From Eledone cirrhosa (Eukaryota): a stretch of 64,000 nucleotides of DNA. Where the stretch lies: positions 95,542,001 through 95,606,000 of the forward strand of contig OZ024743.1 in assembly GCA_964016885.1 (NCBI GenBank), read 5' to 3'. Made by a program: the position numbers and the translations under genes. The notes beneath the pieces were generated by a model. The model searched no databases, was not told where the DNA came from, and was given only the letters and a program-made list of their open reading frames with translations. Shown one piece after another: positions 10,001-25,000 of this stretch (position 1 is the stretch's first letter; every line of letters starts with the position of its first letter).

Positions 10001-13000
10001 TCTAATTTAAACTTCTCTTTCTATCGGTGATGGCAGTAGAGTCAGATCTTTCTAATTTAAAATTATATTTCTATCTGTGAATGTAGTAGAGCCATATCTT
10101 TCTAATTTAAACTTCTCTTCCCATCTGTGATGGCAGTAGAGCCATATCTTTCCAATTTAAACTTCTCTTTCTATCGGTGATGGCAGTAGAGCCATATCTT
10201 TCTAATTTAAACTTCTCTTTCTATCGGTGATGGCAGTAGAGTCATATCTTTCTAATTTACACTTCTCTTTCTATCTGTGATGGCATTAGAGTCATATCAT
10301 TCTAATTTACACTTCTCTTTCTATCTGTGATGGCAGTAGAGTCATATCTTTCTAATTTAAACTTCTCTTCGCCTCTGTGATGTCAGTAGTCATATGTTTC
10401 TAATTTAAACTTCTCTTTCTATCGGTGATGGCAGTAGAGCCATATCTTTCTAATTTAAACTTCTCTTTCTATCGGTGATGGCAGTAGAGCCATATCTTTC
10501 TAATTTAAACTTCTCTATCTATCGGTGATGGCAGTAGAGCAATATCTTTCTAATTTAAACTTATATTGCTATCGGTGATGGCAGTAGAGTCATATCTTTC
10601 TAATTTAAACTTATCTTTCTATCTGTGATGGCAGTAGAGCCATATCTTTCTAATTTAAACTTCTCTTCCTATCGGTGATGGCAGTCGAGTCATATTTTTC
10701 TAATTTAAACTTATCTTTCTATCTGTGATGGCAGTAGAGCCATATCTTTCTAATTTAAACTTCTCTTTCTATCTGTGATGGCAGTAGAGCCATATCTTTC
10801 TAATTTAATCTTCTCTTTATATCGGTAATGGCAGTTGAGTCATATCTTTCTAATTTAAACTTCTCCTTCTAACTGTGATGGCAGTAGAGCCATATCTTTC
10901 TAATTTAAACTTCTCTTCCTATCGGTGATGGCAGTCGAGTCATATTTTTCTAATTTAAACTTATCTTTCTATCTGTGATGGCAGTAGAGCCACTTCTTTC
11001 TAACTTAAACTTCTCCTTCTATCGGTGATGGCAGTAGAGCCATATCTTTCTAATTTAAACTTCTCTTTCTATCTGTGGTGGCAGTAGAGTCATACCTTTC
11101 TAATTTAAACTTATCTTTCTATCGGTGATGGCAGTAGAGTCATATCTTTCTAATTTAAACTTCTCTTTCTAACTGTGATGGCAGTAGAGTCATATCTTTC
11201 CAAATTAAACTTCTCTTTCTAACTGTGATGGCAGTAGAGCCATATCTTTCTAACTTAAACTTCTCTTCCTATCTGTGATGGCAGTAGAGTCATACGTTTC
11301 TAATTTAAACTTCTCTTCCTATCTGTGATGGCAGTAGAGTCATACCTTTCTAATTTAAACTTCTCTTTCTATCATTGATGGCAATAGAGCCATATCTTTC
11401 TAATTTAAACTTCTCTTTCTATATGTGATGGCAGTAGAGCCATATCTTTCTAATTTAAACTTCTCTTTCTATCTGTGATGGCAGTAGAGTCATACCTTTC
11501 TAATTTAAACTTATCTTTCTATCGGTGATGGCAGTAGAGCCATATCTTTCTAATTTACACTTCTCTTTCTATCTGTGATGGCAGTAGAATCATAACTTTC
11601 TAATTTAAACTACTCTTCCGGTCTGTGATGTCAGTAGTCATATCTTTCTAATTTAAACTTCTCTTTCTATCGGTGATGGCAGTAGAGTCAGATCTTTCTA
11701 ATTTAAAATTATATTTCTATCTGTGAATGTAGTAGAGCCATATCTTTCTAATTTAAACTTCTCTTCCTATCTGTGATGGCAGTAGAGCCATATCTTTCCA
11801 ATTTAAACTTCTCTTTCTATCGGTGATGGCAGTAGAGCCATATCTTTCTAATTTAAACTTCTCTTTCTATCGGTGATGGCAGTAGAGTCATATCTTTCTA
11901 ATTTACACTTCTCTTTCTATCTGTGATGGCATTAGAGTCATATCATTCTAATTTACACTTCTCTTTCTATCTGTGATGGCAATAGAGTCATATCTTTCTA
12001 ATTTAAACTTCTCTTCGCCTCTGTGATGTCAGTAGTCATATGTTTCTAATTTAAACTTCTCTTTCTATCGGTGATGGCAGTAGAGCCATATCTTTCTAAT
12101 TTAAACTTCTCTTTCTATCGGTGATGGCAGTAGAGCCATATCTTTCTAATTTAAACTTCTCTATCTATCGGTGATGGCAGTAGAGCAATATCTTTCTAAT
12201 TTAAACTTCTTTTGCTATCGGTGATGGCAGTAGAGTCATATCTTTCTAATTTAAACTTATCTTTCTATCTGTGATGGCAGTAGAGCCATATCTTTCTAAT
12301 TTAAACTTCTCTTCCTATCGGTGATGGCAGTCGAGTCATATTTTTCTAATTTAAACTTATCTTTCTATCTGTGATGGCAGTAGAGCCATATCTTTCTAAT
12401 TTAAACATCTCTTTCTATCTGTGATGGCAGTAGAGCCATATCTTTCTAATTTAATCTTCTCTTTATATCGGTAATGGCAGTTGAGTCATATCTTTCTAAT
12501 TTAAACTTCTCTTTCTAACTGTGATGGCAGTAGAGCCATATCTTTCTAATTTAAACTTCTCTTCCTCTCGGTGATGGCAGTCGAGTCATATTTTTCTAAT
12601 TTAAACTTATCTTTCTATCTGTGATGGCAGTAGAGCCACTTCTTTCTAACTTAAACTTCTCCTTCTATCGGTGATGGCAGTAGAGCCATATCTTTCTAAT
12701 TTAAACTTCTCTTTCTATCTGCGGTGGCAGTAGAGTCATACCTTTCTAATTTAAACTTATCTTTCTATCGGTGATGGCAGTAGAGTCATATCTTTCTAAT
12801 TTAAACTTCTCTTTCTAACTGTGATGGCAGTAGAGTCATATCTTTCCAAATTAAACTTCTCTTTCTAACTGTGATGGCAGTAGAGCCATATCTTTCTAAC
12901 TTAAAATTCTCTTCCTATCTGTGATGGCAGTAGAGTCATACGTTTCTAATTTAAACTTCTCTTCCTATCTGTGATGGCAGTAGAGTCATACCTTTCTAAT

Positions 13001-16000
13001 TTAAACTTCTCTTTCTATCATTGATGGCAATAGAGCCATATCTTTCTAATTTAAACTTCTCTTTCTATCTGTGATGGCAGTAGAGCCATATCTTTCTAAT
13101 TTAAACTTCTCTTTCTATCTGTGATGGCAGTAGAGTCATACCTTTCTAATTTAAACTTATCTTTCTATCGGTGATGGCAGTAGAGCCATATCTTTCTAAT
13201 TTACACTTCTCTTTCTATCTGTGATGGCAGTAGAATCATAACTTTCTAATTTAAACTACTCTTCCGGTCTGTGATGTCAGTAGTCATATCTTTCTAATTT
13301 AAACTTCTCTTTCTATCGGTGATGGCAGTAGAGTCAGATCTTTCTAATTTAAAATTATATTTCTATCTGTGAATGTAGTAGAGCCATATCTTTCTAATTT
13401 AAACTTCTCTTCCTATCTGTGATGGCAGTAGAGCCATATCTTTCCAATTTAAACTTCTCTTTCTATCGGTGATGGCAGTAGAGCCATATCTTTCTAATTT
13501 AAACTTCTCTTTCTATCGGTGATGGCAGTAGAGTCATATCTTTCTAATTTACACTTCTCTTTCTATCTGTGATGGCATTAGAGTCATATCATTCTAATTT
13601 ACACTTCTCTTTCTATCTGTGATGGCAATAGAGTCATATCTTTCTAATTTAAACTTCTCTTCGCCTCTGTGATGTCAGTAGTCATATGTTTCTAATTTAA
13701 ACTTCTCTTTCTATCGGTGATGGCAGTAGAGCCATATCTTTCTAATTTAAACTTCTCTTTCTATCGGTGATGGCAGTAGAGCCATATCTTTCTAATTTAA
13801 ACTTCTCTATCTATCGGTGATGGCAGTAGAGCAATATCTTTCTAATTTAAACTTCTTTTGCTATCGGTGATGGCAGTAGAGTCATATCTTTCTAATTTAA
13901 ACTTATCTTTCTATCTGTGATGGCAGTAGAGCCATATCTTTCTAATTTAAACTTCTCTTCCTATCGGTGATGGCAGTCGAGTCATATTTTTCTAATTTAA
14001 ACTTATCTTTCTATCTGTGATGGCAGTAGAGCCATATCTTTCTAATTTAAACTTCTCTTTCTATCTGTGATGGCAGTAGAGCCATATCTTTCTAATTTAA
14101 TCTTCTCTTTATATCGGTAATGGCAGTTGAGTCATATCTTTCTAATTTAAACTTCTCTTTCTAACTGTGATGGCAGTAGAGCCATATCTTTCTAATTTAA
14201 ACTTCTCTTCCTATCGGTGATGGCAGTCGAGTCATATTTTTCTAATTTAAACTTATCTTTCTATCTGTGATGGCAGTAGAGCCACTTCTTTCTAACTTAA
14301 ACTTCTCCTTCTATCGGTGATGGCAGTAGAGCCATATCTTTCTAATTTAAACTTCTCTTTCTATCTGTGGTGGCAGTAGAGTCATACCTTTCTAATTTAA
14401 ACTTATCTTTCTATCGGTGATGGCAGTAGAGTCATATCTTTCTAATTTAAACTTCTCTTTCTAACTGTGATGGCAGTAGAGTCATATCTTTCCAAATTAA
14501 ACTTCTCTTTCTAACTGTGATGGCAGTAGAGCCATATCTTTCTAACTTAAACTTCTCTTCCTATCTGTGATGGCAGTAGAGTCATACGTTTCTAATTTAA
14601 ACTTCTCTTCCTATCTGTGATGGCAGTAGAGTCATACCTTTCTAATTTAAACTTCTCTTTCTATCATTGATGGCAATAGAGCCATATCTTTCTAATTTAA
14701 ACTTCTCTTTCTATCTGTGATGGCAGTAGAGCCATATCTTTCTAATTTAAACTTCTCTTTCTATCTGTGATGGCAGTTGAGTCATACCTTTCTAATTTAA
14801 ACTTATCTTTCTATCGGTGATGGCAGGGGAGCCATATCTTTCTAACTTAAACTTCTCTTTCTATCTGTGATGGCAGTAGAGCCATATCTTTCTAATTTAC
14901 ACTTCTCTTTCTATCTGTGATGGCAGTAGAATCATAACTTTCTAATTTAAACTACTCTTCCGGTCTGTGATGTCAGTTGTCATATCTTTCTAATTTAAAC
15001 TTCTCTTTCTATCGGTGATGGCAGTAGAGTCAGATCTTTCTAATTTAAAATTATATTTCTATCTTTGAATGTAGTAGAGCCATATCTTTCTAATTTAAAC
15101 TTCTCTTTCTATCGGTGATGGCAGTAGAGTCATATCTTTCTAATTTACACTTCTCTTTCTATCTGTGATGGCATTAGAGTCATATCATTCTAATTTACAC
15201 TTCTCTTTCTATCTGTGATGGCAGTAGAGTCATATCTTTCTAATTTAAACTTCTCTTCCCCTCTGTGATGTCAGTAGTCATATGTTTCTAATTTAAACAT
15301 CTCTTTCTATCGGTGATGGCAGTAGAGCCATATCTTTCTAATTTAAACTTCTCTTTCTATCGGTGATGGCAGTAGAGCCATATCTTTCTAATTTAAACTT
15401 CTCTATCTATCGGTGATGGCAGTAGAGCAATATCTTTCTAATTTAAACTTCTTTTGCTATCGGTGATGGCAGTAGAGTCATATCTTTCTAATTTAAACTT
15501 ATCTTTCTATCTGTGATGGCAGTAGAGCCATATCTTTCTAATTTAAACTTCTCTTCCTATCGGTGATGGCAGTCGAGTCATATTTTTCTAATTTAAACTT
15601 ATCTTTCTATCTGTGATGGCAGTAGAGCCATATCTTTCTAATTTAAACTTCTCTTTCTATCTGTGATGGCAGTAGAGCCATATCTTTCTAAGTTAATCTT
15701 CTCTTTCTATCGGTAATGGCAGTTGAGTCATATCTTTCTAATTTAAACTTCTCTTCCTATCGGTGATGGCAGTCGAGTCATATTTTTCTAATTTAAACTT
15801 ATCTTTCTATCTGTGATGGCAGTAGAGCCATTTCTTTCTAACTTAAACTTCTCCTTCTATCGGTGATGGCAGTAGAGCCATATCTTTCTAATTTAAACTT
15901 CTCTTTCTATCTGTGGTGGCAGTAGAGTCATACCTTTCTAATTTAAACTTATCTTTCTATCGGTGATGGCAGTAGAGTCATATCTTTCTAATTTAAACTT

Positions 16001-19000
16001 CTCTTTCTAACTGTGATGGCAGTAGAGTCATATCTTTCCAAATTAAACTTCTCTTTCTAACTGTGATGGCAGTAGAGCCATTTCTTTCTAACTTAAACTT
16101 CTCTTTCTATCGGTGATGGCAGTAGAGCCATATCTTTCTAACTTAAATTTCTCTTCCTATCTGTGATGGCAGTAGAGTCATACCTTTCTAATTTAAACTT
16201 CTCTTCCTATCTGTGATGGCAGTAGAGTCATACCTTTCTAATTTAAACTTCTCTTTCTATCATTGATGGCAGTAGAGCCATATCTTTCTAATTTAAACTT
16301 CTCTTTCTATCTGTGATGGCAGTAGAGCCATATCTTTCTAATTTAAACTTCTCTTTCTATCTGTGATGGCAGTAGAGTCATACCTTTCTAATTTAAACTT
16401 ATCTTTCTATCGGTGATGGCAGTAGAGCCATATCTTTCTAATTTAAACTTCTCTTTCTATCTGTGATGGCAGTAGAGTCATATCTTTCTAATTTAAACTT
16501 CTCTTTCTAACTGTGATGGCAGTAGAGCCATTTCTTTCTAACTTAAACTTCTCTTTCTATCGGTGATGGCAGTAGAGACATATCTTTCTAACTTAAACTT
16601 CTCTTCCTATCTGTGATGGCAGTAGAGTGATACCTTTCTAATTTAAGCTTATCTTTCTATTGGTGATGGCAGTAGAGCCATATCTTTCTAATTTAAACTT
16701 CTCTTTCTATCTGTGATGGCAGTAGAGCCATATCTTTCTAATTTAAACTTCTCTTTCTAACTGTGATGGCAGTAGAGTCATATCTTTCCAAATTAAAATT
16801 CTCTTTCTAACTGTGATGGCAGTAGAGCCATTTCTTTCTAACTTAAACTTCTCTTTCTATCGGTGATGGCAGTAGAGCCATATCTTTCTAACTTAAACTT
16901 CTCTTCCTATCTGTGATGGCAGTAGAGTCATACCTTTCTAATTTAAACTTCTCTTTCTATCATTGATGGCAGTAGAGCCATATCTTTCTAATTTAAACTT
17001 TTCTTTCTATCTGTGATGGCAGTAGAGCCATATCTTTCTAATTTAAACTTCTCTTTCTATCTGTGATGGCAGTAGAGTCATACCTTTCTAATTTAAACTT
17101 ATCTTTCTATCGGTGATGGCAGGGGAGCCATATCTTTCTAACTTAAACTTCTCTTTCTATCTGTGATGGCAGTAGAGCCATATCTTTCTAATTTACACTT
17201 CTCTTTCTATCTGTGATGGCAGTAGAATCATAACTTTCTAATTTAAACTACTCTTCCGGTCTGTGATGTCAGTAGTCATATCTTTCTAATATAAACTTCT
17301 CTTTCTATCGGTGATGGCAGTAGAGTCAGATCTTTCTAATTTAAAAGTATATTTCTATCTGTGAATGTAGTAGAGCCATATCTTTCTAATTTAAACTTCT
17401 CTTCCTATCTGTGATGGCAGTAGAGCCATATCTTTCCAATTTAAACTTCTCTTTCTATCGGTGATGGCAGTAGAGTCATATCTTTCTAATTTACACTTCT
17501 CTTTCTATCTGTGATGGCATTAGAGTCATATCATTCTAATTTACACTTCTCTTTCTATCTGTGATGGCAGTAGAGTCATATCTTTCTAATTTAAACTTCT
17601 CTTCCCCTCTGTGATGTCAGTAGTCATATGTTTCTAATTTAAACTTCTCTTTCTATCGGTGATGGCAGTAGAGCCATATCTTTCTAATTTAAACTTCTCT
17701 TTCTATCGGTGATGGCAGTAGAGCCATATCTTTCTAATTTAAACTTCTCTATCTATCGGTGATGGCAGTAGAGCAATATCTTTCTAATTTAAACTTCTTT
17801 TGCTATCGGTGATGGCAGTAGAGTCATATCTTTCTAATTTAAACTTATCTTTCTATCTGTGATGGCAGTAGAGCCATATCTTTCTAATTTAAACTTCTCT
17901 TCCTATCGGTGATGGCAGTCGAGTCATATTTTTCTAATTTAAACTTATCTTTCTATCTGTGATGGCAGTAGAGCCATATCTTTCTAATTTAAACTTCTCT
18001 TTCTATCTGTGATGGCAGTAGAGCCATATCTTTCTAATTTAATCTTCTCTTTCTATCGGTAATGGCAGTTGAGTCATATCTTTCTAATTTAAACTTCTCT
18101 TTCTAACTGTGATGGCAGTAGAGCCATATCTTTCTAATTTAAACTTCTCTTCCTATCGGTGATGGCAGTCGAGTCATATTTTTCTAATTTAAACTTATCT
18201 TTCTATCTGTGATGGCAGTAGAGCCATATCTTTCTAATTTAAAATTCTCTTCCTATCGGTGATGGCAGTCGAGTCATATTTTTCTAATTTAAACTTATCT
18301 TTCTATCTGTGATGGCAGTAGAGCCATATCTTTCTAATTTAAACTTCTCTTTCTATCTGTGATGGCAGTAGAGCCATATCTTTCTAATTTAATCTTCTCT
18401 TTCTATCGGTAATGGCAGTTGAGTCATATCTTTCTAATTTAAACTTCTCTTTCTATCGGTGATGGCAGTAGAGCCATATCTTTCTAACTTAAACTTCTCT
18501 TCCTATCTGTGATGGCAGTAGAGTCATACCTTTCTAATTTAAACTTCTCTTCCTATCTGTGATGGCAGTAGAGTCATACCTTTCTAATTTAAACTTCTCT
18601 TTCTATCATTGATGGCAGTAGAGCCATATCTTTCTAATTTAAACTTATCTTTCTATCTGTGATGGCAGTAGAGCCATATCTTTCTAATTTAAACTTCTCT
18701 TTCTATCTGTGATGGCAGTAGAGTCATACCTTTCTAATTTAAACTTATCTTTCTAACTGTGATGGCAGTAGAGCCATTTCTTTCTAATTTTAACTTCTCT
18801 TTCTATCGGTGATGGCAGTAGAGACATATCTTTCTAACTTAAACTTCTCTTCCTATATGTGATGGCAGTAGAGTGATACCTTTCTAATTTAAGCTTATCT
18901 TTCTATTGGTGATGGCAGTAGAGCCATATCTTTCTAATTTAAACATCTCTTTCTATCTGTGATGGCAGTAGAGCCATATCTTTCTAATTTAAACTTCTCT

Positions 19001-22000
19001 TTCTATCTGTGATGGCAGTAGAGTCATATCTTTCTAATTTAAACTTCTCTTTCTATCTGTGATGGCAGTAGAGCCATATTTTTCTAATTTAAACTTCTCT
19101 TTCTATATGTCATGGCAGTAGAGCCATATCTTTCTAATTTAAAGTTCTCTTTCTCTTGATGATGGCAGTAGAGTTATATCTTTCTAATTTAAACTTCTCT
19201 TTCTATCTGTGATGGCAGTAGAGCTATATCTTTCTAAATTAAACTTCTCTTTCTATCTGTGATGGCAGCAGAGCTATATCTTTCTAATTTAAACTTCTCT
19301 TTCTATCTGTGATGGCAGTAGAGCCATATCTTTCTAATTTAAACTTCTCTTTCTATCTATGATGGCAGTAGAGCCATATTTTTCTAATTTAAACTTCTCT
19401 TCCTATCTGTGATGGCAGTAGAGCCATATCTTTCCAATTTAAACTTCTCTTTCTATCGGTGATGGCAGTAGAGCCATATCTTTCTAATTTAAACTTCTCT
19501 TTCTATCGGTGATGGCAGTACAGCCATATCTTTCTAATTTAAACTTCTCTTTCTATCGGTGATGGCAGTAGAGCCATATCTTTCTAATTTAAACTTCTCT
19601 ATCTATCGGTGATGGCAGTAGAGCAATATCTTTCTAATTTAAACTTCTTTTGCTATCGGTGATGGCAGTAGAGTCATATCTTTCTAATTTAAACTTATCT
19701 TTCTATCTGTGATGGCAGTCGAGTAATATTTTTCTAATTTAAACTTCTTTTGCTATTGGTGATGGCAGTAGAGCCATATCTTTCTAATTTAAACTTCTCT
19801 TTCTATCTGTGGTGGCAGTAGAGTCATACCTTTCTAATTTAAAATTATCTTTCTATCGATGATGGCAGTAGAGTCATATCTTTCTAATTTAAACTTATCT
19901 TTCTATCTGTGATGGCAGTAGAGCCATATCTTTCTAATTTAAAATTCTCTTCCTATCGGTGATGGCAGTCGAGTCATATTTTTCTAATTTAAACTTATCT
20001 TTCTATCTGTGATGGCAGTAGAGCCATATCTTTCTAATTTAAACTTCTCTTTCTATCTGTGATGGCAGTAGAGCCATATCTTTCTAATTTAATCTTCTCT
20101 TTCTATCGGTAATGGCAGTTGAGTCATATCTTTCTAATTTAAACTTCTCTTTCTATCGGTGATGGCAGTAGAGCCATATCTTTCTAACTTAAACTTCTCT
20201 TCCTATCTGTGATGGCAGTAGAGTCATACCTTTCTAATTTAAACTTCTCTTCCTATCTGTGATGGCAGTAGAGTCATACCTTTCTAATTTAAACTTCTCT
20301 TTCTATCATTGATGGCAGTAGAGCCATATCTTTCTAATTTAAACTTCTCATTCTATCTGTGATGGCAGTAGAGCCATATCTTTCTAATTTAAACTTCTCT
20401 TTCTATCTGTGATGGCAGTAGAGTCATACCTTTCTAATTTAAACTTATCTTTCTATCGGTGATGGCAGTAGAGCCATATCTTTCTAATTTAAACTTCTCT
20501 TTCTATCTGTGATGGCAGTAGAGTCATATCTTTCTAATTTAAACTTCTCTTTCTAACTGTGATGGCAGTAGAGCCATTTCTTTCTAACTTAAACTTCTCT
20601 TCCTATCTGTGATGGCAGTAGAGTGATACCTTTCTAATTTAAGCTTATCTTTCTATTGGTGATGGCAGTAGAGCCATATCTTTCTAATTTAAACTTCTCT
20701 TTCTATCTGTGATGGCAGTAGAGCCATATCTTTCTAATTTAAACTTCTCTTTCTATCTGTGATGGCAGTAGAGTCATATCTTTCTAATTTAAACTTCTCT
20801 TTCTATCTGTGATGGCAGTAGAGCCATATTTTTCTAATTTAAACTTCTCTTTCTATATGTCATGGCAGTAGAGCCATATCTTTCTAATTTAAAGTTCTCT
20901 TTCTCTTGATGATGGCAGTAGAGTTATATCTTTCTAATTTAAACTTCTCTTTCTATCTGTGATGGCAGTAGAGCTATATCTTTCTAAATTAAACTTCTCT
21001 TTCTATCTGTGATGGCAGCAGAGCTATATCTTTCTAATTTAAACTTCTCTTTCTATCTGTGATGGCAGTAGAGCCATATCTTTCTAATTTAAACTTCTAT
21101 TTCTATCTATGATGGCAGTAGAGCTATATCTTTCTAATTGAAACTTCTCTTTCTATCTCTGATGGCAGTATAGCCATATTTTTCTAATTTAAACTTATCT
21201 TTCTATCGATGATGGCAGTAGTGTCATATCTTTCTAATTTAAACTTATCTTTCTATCGGTGATGGCAGTAGAGTCATATCTTTCTAATTTAAACTTCTCT
21301 TTCTATCTGTGATGGCAGTAGAGCCATATCTTTCTAATTTAAACTTCTCTTTCTAACTGTGATGGCAGTAGAGTCATATCTTTCCAAATTAAACTTCTCT
21401 TTCTAACTGTGATGGCAGTAGAGCCATTTCTTTCTAACTTAAACTTCTCTTTCTATCGGTGATGGCAGTAGAGCCATATCTTTCTAACTTTAACTTCTCT
21501 TCATATCTGTGATGGCAGTAGAGTCATACCTTTCTAATTTAAACTTCTCTTTCTATCATTGATGGCAGTAGAGCCATATCTTTCTAATTTAAACTTCTCT
21601 TTCTATCTGTGATGGCAGTAGAGCCATATCTTTCTAATTTAAACTTCTCTTTCTATCTGTGATGGCAGTAGAGTCATACCTTTCTAATTTGAACTTATCT
21701 TTCTATCGGTGATGGCAGTAGAGCCATATCTTTCTAATTTAAACTTCTCTTTCTATCTGTGATGGCAGTAGAGTCATATCTTTCTAATTTAAACTTCTCT
21801 TTCTAACTGTGATGGCAGTAGAGCCATTTCTTTCTAATTTTAACTTCTCTTTCTATCTGTGATGTCAGTAGAGCCATATCTTTCTAATTTAAACTTCTCT
21901 TTCTATCTGTGATGGCAGCAGAGCTATATCTTTCTAATTTAAACTTCTCTTTCTATCTGTGATGGCAGTAGAGCCATATCTTTCTAATTTAAACTTCTCT

Positions 22001-25000
22001 TTCTATCTATGATGGCAGTAGAGCTATATCTTTCTAATTGAAACTTCTCTTTGTATCTCTGATGGCAGTATAGCCATATTTTTCTAATTTAAACTTATCT
22101 TTGTATCGATGATGGCAGTAGTGTCATATCTTTCTAATTTAAACTTCTCTTTCTATCTATGATGGCAGTAGTGCTATATCTTTCTAATTTAAACTTCTCT
22201 TTCTATCTGTGATGGCAGTAGAGTCATACCTTTCTAATTTAAACTTATCTTTCTATCGGTGATGGCAGTAGAGCCATATCTTTCTAATTTAAACTTCTCT
22301 TTCTATCTGTGATGGCAGTAGAGTCATATCTTTCCAAATTAAACTTCTCTTTCTAACTGTGATGGCAGTAGAGCCATTTCTTTCTAACTTAAACTTCTCT
22401 TTCTATCGGTGATGGCAGTAGAGCCATATCTTTCTAACTTAAACTTCTCTTCCTATCTGTGATGGCAGTAGAGTCATACCTTTCTAATTTAAACTTCTCT
22501 TTCTTTCATTGATGGCAGTAGAGCCATATCTTTCTAATTTAAACTTTTCTTTCTATCTGTGATGGCAGTAGAGCCATATCTTTCTAATTTAAACTTCTCT
22601 TTCTATCTGTGATGGCAGTAGAGTCATACCTTTCTAATTTAAACTTATCTTTCTATCGGTGATGGCAGGGGAGCCATATCTTTCTAACTTAAACTTCTCT
22701 TTCTATCTGTGATGGTAGTAGAGCTATATCTTTCTAATTTACACTTCTCTTTCTATCTGTGATGGCAGTAGAATCATAACTTTCTAATTTAAACTACTCT
22801 TCCGGTCTTTGATGTCAGTAGTCATATCTTTCTAATTTAAACTTCTCTTTCTATCGGTGATGGCAGTAGAGTCAGATCTTTCTAATTTAAAATTATATTT
22901 CTATCTGTGAATGTAGTAGAGCCATATCTTTCTAATTTAAACTTCTCTTCCTATCTGTGATGGCAGTAGAGCCATATCTTTCCAATTTAAACTTCTCTTT
23001 CTATCGGTGATGGCAGTAGAGCCATATCTTTCTAATTTAAACTTCTCTTTCTATCGGTGATGGCAGTAGAGTCATATCTTTCTAATTTACACTTCTCTTT
23101 CTATCTGTGATGGCATTAGAGTCATATCATTCTAATTTACACTTCTCTTTCTATCTGTGATGGCAGTAGAGTCATATCTTTCTAATTTAAACTTCTCTTC
23201 GCCTCTGTGATGTCAGTAGTCATATGTTTCTAATTTAAACTTCTCTTTCTATCGGTGATGGCAGTAGAGCCATATCTTTCTAATTTAAACTTCTCTTTCT
23301 ATCGGTGATGGCAGTAGAGCCATATCTTTCTAATTTAAACTTCTCTATCTATCGGTGATGGCAGTAGAGCAATATCTTTCTAATTTAAACTTCTTTTGCT
23401 ATCGGTGATGGCAGTAGAGTCATATCTTTCTAATTTAAACTTATCTTTCTATCTGTGATGGCAGTAGAGCCATATCTTTCTAATTTAAACTTCTCTTCCT
23501 ATCGGTGATGGCAGTCGAGTCATATTTTTCTAATTTAAACTTATCTTTCTATCTGTGATGGCAGTAGAGCCATTTCTTTCTAACTTAAACTTCTCTTTCT
23601 ATCTATGATGGCAGTAGAGCTATATCTTTCTAATTGAAACTTCTCTTTCTATCGCTGATGGCAGTATAGCCATATTTTTCTAATTTAAACTTATCTTTCT
23701 ATCGGTGATGGCAGTAGAGTCATATCTTTCTAATTTAAACTTCTCTTTCTATCTGTGATGGCAGTAGAGCCATATCTTTCTAATTTAAACTTCTCTTTCT
23801 ATCTGTGATGGCAGTAGAGTCATACCTTTCTAATTTAAACTTATCTTTCTATCGGTGATGGCAGTAGAGCCATATCTTTCTAATTTAAACTTCTCTTTCT
23901 ATCTGTGATGGCAGTAGACTCATATCTTTCTAATTTAAACTTCTCTTTCTAACTGTGATGGCAGTAGAGCCATTTCTTTCTAACTTAAACTTCTCTTTCT
24001 ATCGGTGATGGCAGTAGAGACATATCTTTCTAACTTAAACTTCTCTTCCTATCTGTGATGGCAGTAGAGTGATACCTTTCTAATTTAAGCTTATCTTTCT
24101 ATTGGTGATGGCAGTAGAGCCATATCTTTCTAATTTAAACTTCTCTTTCTATCTGTGATGGCAGTAGAGTCATATCTTTCTAATTTAAACTTCTCTTTCT
24201 ATCTGTGATGGCAGTAGAGCCATATTTTTCTAATTTAAACTTCTCTTTCTATATGTGATGGCAGTAGAGCCATATCTTTCTAATTTAAAGTTCTCTTTCT
24301 CTTGATGATGGCAGTAGAGTTATATCTTTCTAATTTAAACTTCTCTTTCTATCTGTGATGGCAGTAGAGCTATATCTTTCTAAATTAAACTTCTCTTTCT
24401 ATCTGTGATGGCAGCAGAGCTATATCTTTCTAATTTAAACTTCTCTTTCTATCTGTGATGGCAGTAGAGCCATATCTTTCTAATCTAAACTTCTCTTTCT
24501 ATCTATGATGGCAGTAGAGCTATATCTTTCTAATTTAAACTTCTCTTTCTATCGCTGATGGCAGTATAGCCATATTTTTCTAATTTAAACTTATCTTTCT
24601 ATCGATGATGGCAGTAGTGTCATATCTTTCTAATTTAAACTTATCTTTCTATCGGTGATGGCAGTAGAGTCATATCTTTCTAATTTAAACTTCTCTTTCT
24701 ATTTGTGAAGGAAGTAGAGCCATATCTTTCTAATTTAAACTTCTCTTTCTATCTGTGATGGCAGTAGAGCCATTTCTTTCTAATTTAAACTTCTCTTTCT
24801 ATCTGTGATGGCAATAGAGCCATATCTTTCTAATTTAAACTTCTCTTTCTATCTGTGATGGCAGTAGAGTCATATCTTTCTAATTTAAACTTTTCTTTCT
24901 ATCTGTGATGGCAGTAGAACCATATCTTTCTAATTTAAACTTCTCTCTCTATCGGTGATGGCAGTAGAGCCATATCTTCTTATTTAAACTACTGTTTCTA

